Of a DNA stretch of 64,000 nucleotides, positions 16,052 to 29,517 are shown piece by piece. The translations under genes and the position numbers were made by a program. The stretch is from NCBI GenBank assembly GCA_964016885.1, contig OZ024741.1, positions 63,364,001-63,428,000 on the forward strand, in the 5' to 3' direction. This DNA comes from Eledone cirrhosa (lineage: Eukaryota). The stretch's first letter is position 1. Each line of letters starts with the position of its first letter. The notes under the pieces were generated by a model that worked only from the letters and a program-made list of their open reading frames with translations, made no database searches and was not told the DNA's origin.

Positions 16052-17736
16052 AGTGAGAGAGAGGGGGATAGATAGAAAACTGTTGACTGCTGCCGTTTGA
16101 CTGGTTGGAGGCTGTGTAATTTTATTTGCATATGCAGAAATGGGGCCTACCTCTGTTTTCTTGTTTTCTATGAACACGCATTAGATAACAAAAACAATAC
16201 TCTGTTAAGCCAGATAATGGGATCAGTCTCCATAGGAGACTGTAAGAGCTCTTCGTACGTAACTGGAGACTTCATAAAATACATGCAGGGCCTACAGCAT
16301 GGTTAATGACTTATTCATGGTAATCGTAGATTAACAATACCATAAAATAAACAGAGCAACATAAGCTGACGTACAACGAATAAAAAACAATATTGAATGG
16401 TGATGGTTACCAGACTCTAAAACACGTCGAGGAGTATTTACGTCTGGTTGACCTCCTCAACATCAAATCCTATTAGAGGACATCTATATATATATGTTAC
16501 TTTATTTATATGTAAGAAATTTCAGCACAGAAATCACAGAATCGAGAATAATTACAACCCAAGCATATAAATTAATGTAATGTGAGTGTATCAATGAATT
16601 TCCGCTGGAACATTCTCATTGTCAGTTCGACTAGTTAATCACTGAAGAACAAACAAGTGAAGAAAAAACTACAGAACTTATCTGAAATGTTACTAATTAA
16701 TGACAGCGTATTTAACTACGAAAATGTCTGAAATTACTTATTGAAAGTTTAAGAATGCCTTTAAGAAAAGAGTCAAAATACTACAAATACCCTCAATTAT
16801 CGCATCCTTTCTTAGATGATGTCGTAGTTGTTGTTTAAATCCGGGTCAACGCTGATCAAACACATCAGCATCTTGTTTTAAGTGGTATGTTAAACTATAT
16901 CATTCAAGGTTATATATAGTATTAAAGTATGATATTAGGGAGGTTTACCTGCTCTTTCTATTAAGGCGAGTGACTACTCTTAACTACCTCCACGGGCATG
17001 TTCCATTCCGCCATTTGCTTTGTTTAAATCGTCCATCTTAACAGAATATTCCATGTCATATATCTGGTCCAATTAAATTATTTCCAGATTATCTACAACA
17101 GCATCACAATTGCAGATTTAAAAATACATGGCATATATTAGGCAGAAGCGTCTATATAGTTGCTTGACCTTCTCGAAAATATAGTCGTATCTCCTTCATA
17201 ACGTAACATTCCCCCTTAAATGGGAACGACACCTTGGATGATGCAGTCTTAGATACACTATATTAGTGAAATATAAGTTGGATTACAGATTGCATGTGTC
17301 TTATTTGAAACGATAGAGAGTAATATGGGGGAGTTTTAATTCCTGATTCTTGTAGTTCGTGTGAATATGGATACAAGCTTTGATGACCGCCTCAGAAATT
17401 TGTTTCGCAATCATTAGGTCACCGTTTCGATCCCGATAACGGTATTTTTGGCACGTGCTTCATTAAGCATTGTCGGGGAAATTGCGTAGACGGAAACTTT
17501 GTTGAAGCCCGTTGGTCAGATTATACCTGTAATTCAAAGATCTAACTTTGCCACATATTGAGTCCCACTGACTTGGATGGAGAATTATGTTCAGATTACG
17601 CGTGTATGTCACTTACTTTATGAAGTCGGTAGTTTAGTGTATTGGACAAATGAATGCACATGTTTGAAACTGGTGGCAGATCCATTATTTTTTATGAAAC
17701 AATCTACAAGACCTGAACTGGAATACCTTTTATTAT

Positions 17737-17910
17737 AGTGGATTGGCAGTATCAGTAGAGGGTCTGACGCCATGCTTTGCAGCAAAGAGTTGCGGCCCTT
17801 TATGGTGTGAGTTCAAATCCCACTGAGATTAACTTTGTCTTTCATCCTTACGGGGTCGATAAAATAAAGTACCAGTAATGTACTGGATAATTGCTGGCCT
17901 TGTTGAACTA
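17737..17910 (+). mobile_element. tRNA-derived SINE
   Basis: A box TGGCAGTATCAG, B box GAGTTCAAATCC, body tttcatccttacggggtcgataaaataaagtaccag; same family at 26213-26950. Confidence 0.8.
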
Positions 17911-17976
17911 CACAACAACAAACACATGAGCAGCAACAGATTTTGATATTTGAAATGATAATGGGTGTGGAAATTT

Positions 17977-18016
<40 letters not shown>

Positions 18017-18412
18017 GAAACAGAAAATTTTACAATCTAAAGTCTTTTTACCAATCATACTTTAGATAATGAATACTATAGATAGCAGATATATCAGCTT
18101 GGAAACAATATCATACCGTCAGCTATAAAAGTACGTGACCCGGTGGCTAGTACAAGAATACTAAATAAATACAATAATACGACAATTAGCATTTTTTTGT
18201 GCATGCTGAATAATTACTTGCAGTAACATTCAAGAAATGTATACATACATTCTTCCTCACACTCTTATCTACGTACCTAGAAACAGAAATACGCACATAG
18301 ATGTCGCCAGTTTATATTATATCATATTGAATTACTCAGTTCATTGTATTAAGGAGAAGGAAAGGCAGGCAGTTTTCATCTGCCTGGTGTCCACCATGGT
18401 GAAAGAGATTGT

Positions 18413-19843
18413 GTCTACAAATCTTAGGTTCATAGGTTTCCCACTATCATTGTTCATTTCATCTACCACTAAGTTTAGGATATCAACCAAATCTTGTCCT
18501 CGCCCGTCAGCATTCATCTCCTCAATGGCCGTATCTTTGTTCCAGGTATTATTTATTTCAGCATTCAGATCATTGTCTGCTTCGGATGGTTCCTCCGTTC
18601 TCTCAACCTCTTCACCTTCATTTCCCACTGGCTCGTTTGTCTGGCATACTTCACTCTCTATTTCCAAACTAATCTCTCTGCTCAGTTCCTCCAGTTCCAG
18701 CTCGCTTATCCACCCATTAGTTCTTATTACCCGAGCCTGCCCGGCCAATTTTTGTTCATCTAATTTAAATAGACCAATCTCGTTCCAGATGTTATGCATC
18801 CGTTTCCTTGGGGTTACTCTTCAGGTAACATTGCATAACAGTTCTATTCAATTCTTTCGTCCAGTTGGTTCTGGTCCCTTTCCTTCTTCTTCCTCCAACA
18901 CCAGCAGTATTTGGTTGACAGCCAGGTCCCTGCTGCTGAGCCAGGGAGCACCTGCTGGGTGAGAGTCTGTCACATGATATTCCAGTCTCCACTTCACCGT
19001 TATTCGAACTGTTTAGGTTCGACATTTAAACACTCTTTTCGAGGATTGGTGAATGTATGGTTACATAACCACCGGTGATTTCATCACCTCCGGTGATTTT
19101 AGTGTGGCACTGTCACGCTGTAGACGAACATAAATAAACAAACAAACAAATAGGTAAAAACCCTCCAAAAAAGAATAAGCGTAAGTTTCATGGTAATGTA
19201 ATGTTTGAATGTCTGACTTAGTTGTTTTTTTCCGGCTCTGTCTGTTTGTTTTTCTTTTCTTTTCTTTACGTTTTTCGTTGCTGCTGTGCTGTTTTGATTT
19301 TGATTTTTGGTTTTTTGATTTTTTGACCGGGTCATCAAATCAGTCTATTTATATCTTTTGATGCCTTCCTCTTTTAGTGGGGTAACTACGATGCCTGTCT
19401 TAAGAGGAGGTAGTGGGAGAGAATAGCGGCGGTAGCGATAATGAGCCAGTGGTGGTGGTGATGTGATCGTAGTACTGTAGTGATGGTGTTGAAGTTGAAG
19501 TAGAAATAGAAGTTGAGGTAACTTGACTAGAGTTTTTGGCGTGGTAGTGGTGATGGTGGCGGTGGTTGTGTTGGTGGTGAAATTATTTGCCTGTCTGTCC
19601 ACTTAGCCATTTTGCCTTTTTCCTCTTTTTCGACTATAACATTTCTGATCCAAAATTAAATATTAAATATTGGGGCCCTATGCCGTAATGTGATGCGTTG
19701 TGGCTTGCTGAGCGTAAAAAAACAGTAATCTTTTACGTCATTTGTAATAAGAATTATTAGATCACAGTTGTTTAAATAAGTAAAAATCAAAGACATAAAG
19801 GAGCGATTCCATAACGATATATCCACCATGTGCGTTTTCTTCC
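18413..19843 (-). mobile_element. 5' fragment (UTR + ORF start) of a Dong/R4-family element
   Basis: 18413-19025 is nearly identical to 22752-23380; its 5' end abuts (TTA)n. Confidence 0.88.
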
Positions 19844-19881
19844 CTTATATTATTATTATTATTATTTTTATTATTATTATT

Positions 19882-22800
19882 CCTTGAATCTCAGTCATTG
19901 ATGTTAGTTAACTGGAAAGTCCGTTAGAATGAATATCAAGCCACTACCTGGAGCCTCAGATATTCAGGACAAATCGGAGGGTTCTTGCTGTTCCCAGCAA
20001 GCATGCCTTTTGAAGCGTTCCAAAAAGCGTGAAGGGGCCGATTTTCTTTAACCATCCTTGGAAACTTTTGAAGATAGTCCCTAGTGCGCCTATGACAATC
20101 GGGATCACTTTGACTTCATGGCAGTTCCAAATCCTTTTTGCCTCCCACTTTAAGTCCTGGTATCGGTTAATTTTCTCCCTCTCCTTCTCTTGCACTCTCG
20201 TGTCGAATGGGCAGGCCACATCCACAATCAGACACGATCTTTTTTCTTTGTCCACAACCACCAGGTCAGGTCTATTGTGTTCCAGTTTCTTGTCCGTCTG
20301 TATCCTAAAATCCCACAGCACCTTCACCTGATCGTTCTCCATCACCGCCTCTGGCTTATGCTCATACCATTTCTCAGAATGTGGTAAGTTGTTTAATTTG
20401 CACAGGTGCCAGTGGATCACCCTGCCCATCACATCATGTCTCCAGCCCTTATAGTGGGTCTGGGCTAGGTGTTTACACTCGGATACAATGTGAGCCACAG
20501 TCTCCTCTCTCTCTCCACAGATCCTGCACAGTGGGCTAGCCTCCTCCTTGTAAATATGGTGTTTCAACCACTTCGTTTTGAGGGCCTGCTCCTGCGCAGC
20601 CATTAACATTCCTTCTGTAGCCTTTTTAAGGTCTCCTCTTCTCAACCAGTTCCATGTCTGTGGATCTCTAAATTCAGTTTTCTCAAAGAAGGTACTATGA
20701 AGGGATTTTTCCTGAAGGCTGCTCTTTCTCCTTGATGTTATTTCCTCCTTGGACATCCCCTGGCCTATTGTCCCCTCCTTCAGTACAGTTCTGAGCATTG
20801 GCTCCTTACTATCAGTCACGTATTTGTGTAGGTTGTTTTTCTCCATCTGAATACAGTCCTCTATGCTGATAAGACCTCTTCCACCCTCAGATCTCCTTAG
20901 GTAGAGTCTATCGACATCACTCCTCTTGTGGAACATGCTGTAGATAGTCAATAGCTTCCTAGTCTTCCTATCCATTTCTTTTTGTTCAGCAACATTCCAT
21001 CTCAGAATTCCCGCACTGTACCTAATAATAGACACAGCTCGGGAATTTACTGCGCTTATGGCATTTCTGCTGTTCAGATGTGACTTCAATACCCTCCTTA
21101 CTCTCCGAATGTATTCAGTTCTTAACAATTCCTTCATTTTTTTGTTCTTTATGCCATCAGCCTCCAGAACGCCCAAATACTTGTATCCTTCCTCAGAGTC
21201 AATTTCCTTTATCATCTCACCTGTTGGTATCTGGATTCCGTTACTTCTGCTCAACCTACCCCTCCTCATCACAATGACTCCACACTTACTAATACCAAAC
21301 TGCATACATATATCACTGCTGAAAATACGGACAGTGTCAACAAGCACATCCAACTCCTTCTCACTCTTCCCGAAGAGCTTAAGATCGTCCATGAAGAGGA
21401 GGTGATTGATGGTAAGCCCTCCCTTTCCCAACCCGTATCCTGCTCTCACCTTTCGCAGTACACTGGTCGGGGGCATCAGGGCAAGGACAAACAACAGAGG
21501 GGACAGGCTATCTCCCTGGAAGATACCTCTCTTGATCTTCACGCTTCCCAAGGATTCTCCAGTTGATGTCAACTCTGTTTCCCAGGACCTCATACTCTTT
21601 CCCAACAACTGTCTGATGTTATCTGCCACCTTGAAGATCTCCAGGCTTTTGGTGATCCAAGAATGAGGCACCATGTCAAATGCCTTTCTGTAGTCTATCC
21701 ATCCCATGGCAAGATCAGTGTGTCTCCTCCTGCAATTCCCCATTACCATCTTATCAATAAGTAGCTGGTCCTTTGTACCACGTGACTTCTTTCGGCATCC
21801 TTTCTGTTCGTCCGGTAACAAGTTGTTTGTGTGGAGGTGATGGTAGATTTCCTCAGACACAATGCTCGTCAACAGTTTCCACATTACGGACAGACATGTG
21901 ATAGGTCTGTAGTTGGTAACATCATTACCCTTGATTCGGTCTTTCATTATCAGAAATGTGGTACCTTTTGTCAACCACTCTGGTACCTCACCTGACATCA
22001 AGCAGGCATTGAACATGGTTGTCAGTTTCGGGTGGAGGGATGTTATATTTTTAATCCAATACCCCTGCACACCATCTGGGCCTGGTGATTTCCAGTTGGT
22101 TAGTTTTTTGGCCTGCCCCTTAAGAGTTTCAACTGTGATACTCAAATCAGTTTCTTGGTGTGCCTGCTCACCGATCTCCCTCTGTACTGTCTCAATCCAC
22201 ACTGCCTGGTCATTATGTCTAACATCCTGCTCCCATATTCCTCTCCAGAATGTTTTAGTTTGTTCCGCCTCAGGGATCAAGTCGTTGCCTCTTTCTTTCC
22301 CCTCAAGCTGTCCAAACAGCATCTTCTGGTTGTTGTCGAACATGCGGTTCTGTTTATACTGACTGAATCTGTTCTCGTATCGCCTTATTTTTGCACTCTT
22401 TGCTACAATGCGTTGCTTCAGTTCCTCTATGATAATATTTAGCTTTTTCCTCCTAGTTTTGTACTTTATTTCCAGTCTATTTTTAGTGTCTATGTTTTTT
22501 AGTGTCCCATTCAGTAGTGACTCAAGCTTTCCAATGTCATTTCTCATTTCCCTGATTTGACCACTCAGTCGTTTCTTCCACCAAGGCTCTGCTCTTTCTT
22601 GTCTGTTGTTTCCTCTCGCTTTTATATCAAGTAGTTTCCTCACCGTATTTGCTGTTGCTTTGAGGATATTGTTGCACTGGTGAAGGCTCCTCGCCTCAAG
22701 GTATGGGATGACTTTGTTTACCTTAGCTGTTGTTTCTTTTAACTTTTTCCTGTCTACAAATCTTAGGTTCATAGGTCTCCCACTATCATTGTTCAATTCA

Positions 22801-24540
22801 TCTACCACTAAATTTAGGATGTCAACCGAATCTTGTCCTAGCCCGTCAGCATTCATCTCCTCAGTGGCCGTATCTCTGTTCCAGGTATTATTTATCTCAG
22901 TATTCAGATCATTGTCTGCTTCGGGTGGTTCCTCCGTTCTCTCAACCTCTTCACCTTCATTTCCCACTGGCTCGTTTGTCTGGCATACTTCACTCTCTAT
23001 TTCCAAACTAATCTCTCTGCTCAGTTCCCCCAGTTCCAGCTCGCTTATCCACCCATTAGTTCTTATTACCCGAGCCTGCCCGGCCAATTTTCGTTCATCT
23101 AATTTAAATAGACCAATCTCGTTCCAGATGTTATGCATCCGTCTCCTATAGCCCCTCTCCTTGGGGTTACTTTTCAGGTAACATTGCATAACAGTTCTAT
23201 TCAATTCTTTCGTCCAGTTGGTTCTGGCCCCTTTCCTTCTTCTTCTTCCTCCAGCACCAGCAGTATTTGGTTGACAGTCAGGTTCCTGCTGCTGAGCCAG
23301 GGAGCACCTGTTGGGTGAGAGTCTGTCACATGACGTTCTAGTCTCCATTTCACCGTTATTCGAACTGTTTAGGTTCGATATTATCGAGGATTGGCGAATG
23401 TATGGTTACATAACCATCTGTGGATTCACCGTCTCCGGTGGTTGCGTCGCTCCACTTGGCTCTTGTGTGGCATTATCACCACGCTGTAGACGAACACAAA
23501 TAAACAAACAAACAAACAGACAGAAAAAACCCCAAAAAGGAATAAGCATAAGTTTCATTGTAATGTAGTGTTCGAATGTCTGACTTAGTTTTTCCCTTCT
23601 CTTCTCTGTCCGTCCGCTTGTTTATCTCTTCATTCTTATTTTCTTTACGTTTTTTTTTGTTTTTGTTTTTCTCTGTTTTTTTTTGTTTTTTTTTTGTTGT
23701 TGCTGTGCTGTTTTGGTTTTGATTTTTGTTTTTTCTTTTGAGTCTATCTATATATTTTGATGCCTTCCTCTTTTTTAGTAGGAATTCTATAATGTGGTGG
23801 CAGTGCTGTGCTAGCAGCAACTAGCAGGGAGCAATGGGAGAGAATAGCGGCGGTAGCGATACTGAGGCAGTGGTGGTGGTGGTGATGTCGATACTGAGGC
23901 AGTGGTGGTGGTGATGTGATCGTATTACTGTAGTGATGGTGTTGTAGCGGTGGTAGCAATGAAGGAGTGGTGGCGGCGGTGATGGGATAGTGGTAGTAAT
24001 GATGGATGTCCGTTCAGTGAATCTATGGGGTTAGTCGCGTACATGTGTTGACATAAATTCCCTTAATGTTGGAATTAAACATTTTGTTAAAACTTGGGAC
24101 AATAATAATAGTATTTATTATTATCATTATTATGTTGAGATTGGTTGTGGTGGTGGTGAAGTTGCCGTTATCTGGCTGTTGTGTTTAGTGTACACAGAGA
24201 GGTGATGGGGTAGGTGGTGTATCTAGTTTCTGGTGTTGGTGAGATTGGTGTTGTTTGGCTGTTCTATATAGTGTAGACAGAGGAGGGGGGGTTCTTCTTC
24301 TTCCATTTATAGCCATTTTCTTTTTTTTTTTTTTTTTAATATATAATGTACAATACAAAATTGAATATTTGTATATTTGAGCCTTATAACAATATATTTT
24401 GGGTCCGAATTTTTTTGCGGCTCAAGCCGGATGCTTTACGTAACATTTGTACTAAGAGTTGTTATTTCACAAATGATTTAAATATGTTAAAAATTCAAAA
24501 CTTACGGGAGCGATTTCATGATCTTCTACCACCTCGTGCG

Positions 24541-24542
<2 letters not shown>
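19882..24542 (-). mobile_element. Apparently full-length Dong/R4-clade RLE non-LTR retrotransposon
   Basis: Single intact ORF, short 3' UTR and ~1.2-kb 5' UTR; bounded on both sides by (TAA)n tracts. Confidence 0.9.
19956..23348 (-). CDS. RT + CCHC knuckle + restriction-like endonuclease (1130 aa)
   Basis: NWKSPGPDG, YRPITCL, GIFQGDSLSP, HLLFMDDLKL, CRICGEREETVAHIVSEC, RHD, RPDLVVVD, VDVACP, EKINRYQDL. Confidence 0.95.
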   Translation of the reverse strand: METRTSCDRLSPNRCSLAQQQEPDCQPNTAGAGGRRRRKGARTNWTKELNRTVMQCYLKSNPKERGYRRRMHNIWNEIGLFKLDERKLAGQARVIRTNGWISELELGELSREISLEIESEVCQTNEPVGNEGEEVERTEEPPEADNDLNTEINNTWNRDTATEEMNADGLGQDSVDILNLVVDELNNDSGRPMNLRFVDRKKLKETTAKVNKVIPYLEARSLHQCNNILKATANTVRKLLDIKARGNNRQERAEPWWKKRLSGQIREMRNDIGKLESLLNGTLKNIDTKNRLEIKYKTRRKKLNIIIEELKQRIVAKSAKIRRYENRFSQYKQNRMFDNNQKMLFGQLEGKERGNDLIPEAEQTKTFWRGIWEQDVRHNDQAVWIETVQREIGEQAHQETDLSITVETLKGQAKKLTNWKSPGPDGVQGYWIKNITSLHPKLTTMFNACLMSGEVPEWLTKGTTFLIMKDRIKGNDVTNYRPITCLSVMWKLLTSIVSEEIYHHLHTNNLLPDEQKGCRKKSRGTKDQLLIDKMVMGNCRRRHTDLAMGWIDYRKAFDMVPHSWITKSLEIFKVADNIRQLLGKSMRSWETELTSTGESLGSVKIKRGIFQGDSLSPLLFVLALMPPTSVLRKVRAGYGLGKGGLTINHLLFMDDLKLFGKSEKELDVLVDTVRIFSSDICMQFGISKCGVIVMRRGRLSRSNGIQIPTGEMIKEIDSEEGYKYLGVLEADGIKNKKMKELLRTEYIRRVRRVLKSHLNSRNAISAVNSRAVSIIRYSAGILRWNVAEQKEMDRKTRKLLTIYSMFHKRSDVDRLYLRRSEGGRGLISIEDCIQMEKNNLHKYVTDSKEPMLRTVLKEGTIGQGMSKEEITSRRKSSLQEKSLHSTFFEKTEFRDPQTWNWLRRGDLKKATEGMLMAAQEQALKTKWLKHHIYKEEASPLCRICGEREETVAHIVSECKHLAQTHYKGWRHDVMGRVIHWHLCKLNNLPHSEKWYEHKPEAVMENDQVKVLWDFRIQTDKKLEHNRPDLVVVDKEKRSCLIVDVACPFDTRVQEKEREKINRYQDLKWEAKRIWNCHEVKVIPIVIGALGTIFKSFQGWLKKIGPFTLFGTLQKACLLGTARTLRFVLNI

Positions 24543-24571
<29 letters not shown>

Positions 24572-25451
24572 AGTTGCATTTATCTTGCTTTATGTTCATA
24601 CGAGTTATCACCAAGTCACAACCAGTGACCTCAAGAGACAACAAGGTCCGCCATGTTCAAGAAAGAACATACATACACACACATGCATCTTTAGGTGTTT
24701 AGACTTGTGATGTACTTATATTGACAGAATCTTCCTTGGTATATGGGCAGTTCCCATTAGTACTATCTTTTGTATTTCTCCTATACGCGGGTTTCCTGGG
24801 ATTTGCGATAAGTATTCATTAGACCCCTTAGGTATCATTCCTAGAGCGCCTACAACCACTGGTATTGTTTTAGTTCTCAATTTCCAAATTTTTCCAATTT
24901 CTATCTCCAGGTCCTTATACGCGCTCAATTTTTCAAATGTTTTTATAGATACATTCTTGTCTATTGGAACAGACATATCAATTAGCAGGCATATCCTCTT
25001 TTTAAAGTCCTTCAGTATTATATCAGGTCTATTTGCATCTATTTGTCGGTCTGTTTGGATGCTAAAGTTCCACAAGAGTAATCTTTTTCAAGTATGGGAG
25101 GTGGTTGATGTTCCCACCAATTCTTTTGATGGGGCAGGTCAAAATGCTTACACATTATCCAATGTATGTATTGTGCAGCTCTGTCATGCCTGTTTAGGTA
25201 TTCGGTTGGAGCTATAGGACTGCACATTGAAATTATATGATCAATGGTCTCTGGTTGTTTTTAACATACACGGCATAATGGGTTGGATCCATTTTTTATT
25301 ATGTTGGCTTGGTAATTTTTTGTTGGCAGACACTGATCTTGTGCTGATATAATCAGTCCTTCAGTCTCCGATTTCAGTCCAGAGGATGCCAACCACTGAT
25401 GGGTTAAAGTTTTGTCAACATCAGGATTGTTAGCTCTTTCTGGGTATTTCT
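24572..25451 (-). mobile_element. 3' fragment of a second Dong/R4-like family
   Basis: YLNRHDRAAQYIHW, NRPDIILKD, LIDMSVP, EKLSAYKDL; (TAA)n on both sides. Confidence 0.85.
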
Positions 25452-25496
25452 TATTATTATTATTATTATTATTTTTTTTTTTTTAATTATTATTAT

Positions 25497-26170
25497 TGTT
25501 CTTTGAATCTCAGTCATTGATGCTATTTAACTGGAAAGTTCGTTGAAATGAATATCAAGCCACTACCTGCAGCCTCAGATATGCAAGACGTATCGGAGGA
25601 TTCTTGCTTTTCCCAGCAAGCATGCCTTTTGAAGTGTTCCAAAAAGCGGGGCGGGACCAAATTTCTTTAACCATCCTTGGAAACTCTTTGAGATAGTACC
25701 TAGTGCGCCTATGATAATCGGGACCACTTTGACTTCAAGGCAGTTCCAAATCCTTTTTACCTCCCACTTTAAGTCCTGGTATCGGTTAATTTTCTCCCTC
25801 TCCTTCTCTTGCACTCTTGTGTCGAATAGGCAGGCTACATCCACAATCAGGCACAATCTTTTTTCCTTGTCCAAAACCACTAGGTCAGGTCTATTGTGTT
25901 CCAGTTTCTTGTCCGTTTGTATCCTAAAATCCCACAGCACCTTCAACTGATCGTTTTCTATCACCGACTCTGGCTTATGCTCATACCACTTCTAAGAATG
26001 TGGTAAATTGTTTACTTTGCACAGGTGCCAGTGGATAACCCTGCCTATCACATCATGTCTCCAGCCTTTATAGTGAGTCTGGGCTAGGTGTTTACACTCG
26101 GATACAATGTGAGCCACATTCTCCTCTCTCTCTCCACAGATCCTACACAGTGGGCTAGCCTCCTCCTTTT
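25497..26170 (-). mobile_element. 3' fragment of the first Dong/R4 family
   Basis: Highly similar to 19882-20550 (RLE domain + 3' UTR); flanked by (TAA)n. Confidence 0.9.
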
Positions 26171-26177
26171 AATATGG

Positions 26178-26212
<35 letters not shown>

Positions 26213-26213
<1 letters not shown>

Positions 26214-26950
26214 GAGTTACGGCCCTTTCCATTCTGAGTTGAACTCCCGCCGACGTTAACTTTGCCTTTCATCCTTACGGGCTCGATAAAATAAAGTACC
26301 AGTAATGCACTGGGTAATTGCTGGCCTTTTGCCAAAACTAGAAACAATTATTATTATTATTATGCGGTGGATTTAATGGTGGTGGATTGGCAGTATCGGT
26401 AGAGGGTCGGACGCCATGCTTTCCAGCATAGTTACGTCCCTTTACGATCTGAGTTCAAATCCCGCCGAGGTTGACTTTGCCTTTCATCCTTACGGGGTCG
26501 ATAAAATAAAGTACCAGTAATGCACTGGGTAATTGCTGGCCTTGTGCCTAAAGTAGAAACAATTATTATGCGGTGGATTGGCAATATCGTTTTCTTGAGC
26601 CCAATCATGCGTCCAATATGCTGGAAAGTCGTACCATACGGGATTTAAATTGAAGTAAGTTGTGGTAATTTTTTCGATAAATCACATATTTTTGTCTTGT
26701 CAATATATTCTTTAAACAATGAGAACAGGAAAGCCATTTAACAAACGACTACCAAATCTAAATAATTGTTTCTACTTTAGGCACAAGGCCAGCAGTTACC
26801 CAGTACATTAATGGTACTTTATTTTATCGACCCAGTAAGGATGAAAGGCAAAGTCAACCTCGGCGGGATTTGAACTCAGATCTTAAAGGGACGTAACTGT
26901 GCTGGAAAGCATGGAGTCCGACCCTCTACCGATACTGCCAATCCACTACC
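26213..26950. mobile_element. Cluster of three tRNA-SINE copies: 26213-26347(+), 26381-26565(+), 26763-26950(-)
   Basis: A/B boxes, shared body and (ATT)n tails; the last two form an inverted pair. Confidence 0.85.
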
Positions 26951-27045
26951 AAATTTAAATAATGAAACATATTGACATAATGAAACAGAAAAAATATTTT
27001 ATTCACAGTTACAACACACATGCACACACACACATACAAACAGAG

Positions 27046-27080
<35 letters not shown>

Positions 27081-27106
27081 GTGATAGATAGATAGAGAGA
27101 GAGAGA

Positions 27107-27180
<74 letters not shown>

Positions 27181-28290
27181 CACACACACACATTTTAATG
27201 TGTGAACACAATTGTAATTCCGAATTGCCTTTTGTTTACTTCGATTTCTTGTACTTCTAGTAACGTATATAAATGGAATATATATGGATTAGCAAAGATA
27301 ATGTCAGTGTGGCAGAGTTGTGCTATGAAAGATCGCTTCAGTTATCATTGAGTCCTTTTATTCGAGATCAAGAAAGAAAAAGGAATTAACAGTATCTAGT
27401 CAACAAGCAGCACATTAACTTTTTTTGTAGCTCAGATACTTCAGGGAGCCGTAAGGACCAATATATCAATAAGCCTATTGTATAGTACTGAATGATGACA
27501 ACGAAGGAGCAGGCATGTTGCGGGAATGTGATATACAACTATTCGTAAACGTGTTCCACTGTAATCCGCGTAAAAGAAGCAAAAGTGATGAACAGAAAGA
27601 TGTTGGTTGTGATATTGACATGTGGGACGTTGTGAACGTGGTGGTTCAGTATGTTGCATCTGTGGCTAATGTTATTTCAGAGCCGTGTTAACTCATGCGT
27701 GCGGTGAGATGTGCAATAATACTACTGCGGCAAAACAGGAAGCCAAGTTAAATCATGTATGTTAGCAAATGCCAATTGAGGGCTTTCTGCTCGTAGGGGC
27801 AGGAAAACCAGAAGTCATCATCTGCAGCAGCAGGGACAGTACACCTCGGCAAAGAAGATCAACTCATCCCAGATCCTAGAAGATGACTAAGAAGTTACTT
27901 GGCCATGACTAGTAGTGACACTGAGAAGGGAATGGAAGCAATGCAGGGTCAATATCAGCAATACAAAAGTGCAAGGCTACGACATCAGTTGAACTGCCGG
28001 TTGCAAAACATTAGAAAATCTCCTATTTCCTCGGTTCCAGAAGCTGACATGCGGGAATAATTCCTTCTCCAATCCAGCACTGCTATTCAATAGTATATTG
28101 ACAATGGCGATGTAGTTGAAGAAGGGAAATAGTCGAAACTACTGGAAAATGACAACCCATGTGAAGTAGGTGAACAGTAAAAGCCGTGTAAATCTCATTA
28201 GGAAATGTCAAGGACGACAAGGAATTCATGGCAGCTGAAGCGGAGCCTCAAAGAATAATAGCTCCAGCTGTTATGCGACTGTGCCATAGG

Positions 28291-28349
<59 letters not shown>

Positions 28350-28350
<1 letters not shown>

Positions 28351-28616
28351 CCTATATCCCAAAAGTCAGCTCAGAAGTGACAAAGAGGAGACTGAGGTTA
28401 GCTGGACATGCTCACCGACATCCAGAGTTGACATTGCTCTCAGTGCTCCTGTTGGAGCCCCTACATGGACACACTAGAAGAAGAAGGCCAAGGTTAACGT
28501 ATGTTGATGCCCTACGGACAGACACTGGTCTGTTGGAGACGCAGGACATGGCAGCCATAATGAGAGACAGAGACCGCTGGAGAGAACTCGTCCATGGATC
28601 TCGGGAATTTTACCCG

Positions 28617-28620
<4 letters not shown>
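28350..28620 (+). mobile_element. RTE-like LINE 3' end
   Basis: KRRLRLAGHAHRHPE..HGHTRRRRPRLTYVD..MRDRDRWR, the typical RTE-type C-terminus; lies between (TA)n tracts. Confidence 0.7.
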
Positions 28621-28686
<66 letters not shown>

Positions 28687-29455
28687 TTGATACAGGAAAC
28701 AAAAATATCATAGGGATGTAAAAATACACAGTTACATTAGGAGCAGGCTTGAAAGAAATGGAGCAGGGTTGGAAGTTTCGGATATAAGTCCTTCATTATC
28801 GGATGAAGAGAGAACAGGTAGGTGTATGAAAGTAGTGTGTGAAAGTTATATATATGGAGTTGATAGTGTTTGCATGAGGAGCATGAGATATATCCGTCTC
28901 AACTAAAATGATCATAATAATAGTCGATCATTATGAAACATAATTTTGAAAATCGCGCACAAAACACCCCTGGAGAAGGATACCGATTGATGCTTCTGCA
29001 CGAAAAGGAAGCATACTATAATTGTTATTAGCGATGGGACCAATACATTTCAAATTACACATTTTCTAAATGCTTCGTTTACGCTTGTAGCTACAGGTTT
29101 AAAAGTGACAAAACTGGTGATCATCGGCTCTTAAGCGTTAAGGACACGCCCAGAATTCGTGTGAAGCGGGATACGATTTTTTGCAGGTGAGTCTACTTTC
29201 ACGTCTTCATGGGAAATTTTATAATGATCAGCGGTTATTATGTTAATTTGTGTAGATTTTTCAGATTACAAATTTCCCACTGGTTTTTAAAACAACCGAT
29301 ATATTTACACATCAAACTTTGAAATTCATATATTTGAGCAGCGGTTCTTAGGCGAACTATTTGAAGCAATTCTATATGCTTCATGCGCCAACCTTATTAT
29401 ATACATATACACACATGTTTATATATTTAAATATATATATATATATATATATACA

Positions 29456-29513
<58 letters not shown>

Positions 29514-29517
<4 letters not shown>

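Noticed and set aside
20029-23318. Plus-strand ORFs overlapping the Dong/R4 ORF (likewise those opposite the LINE at 11474-14003)
   Set aside because: Antisense shadows of the retrotransposon coding strand, with no recognisable motifs.
27440-28290. Non-repetitive-looking stretch as a possible host exon
   Set aside because: No sustained ORF, recognisable domain or supportable splice structure.
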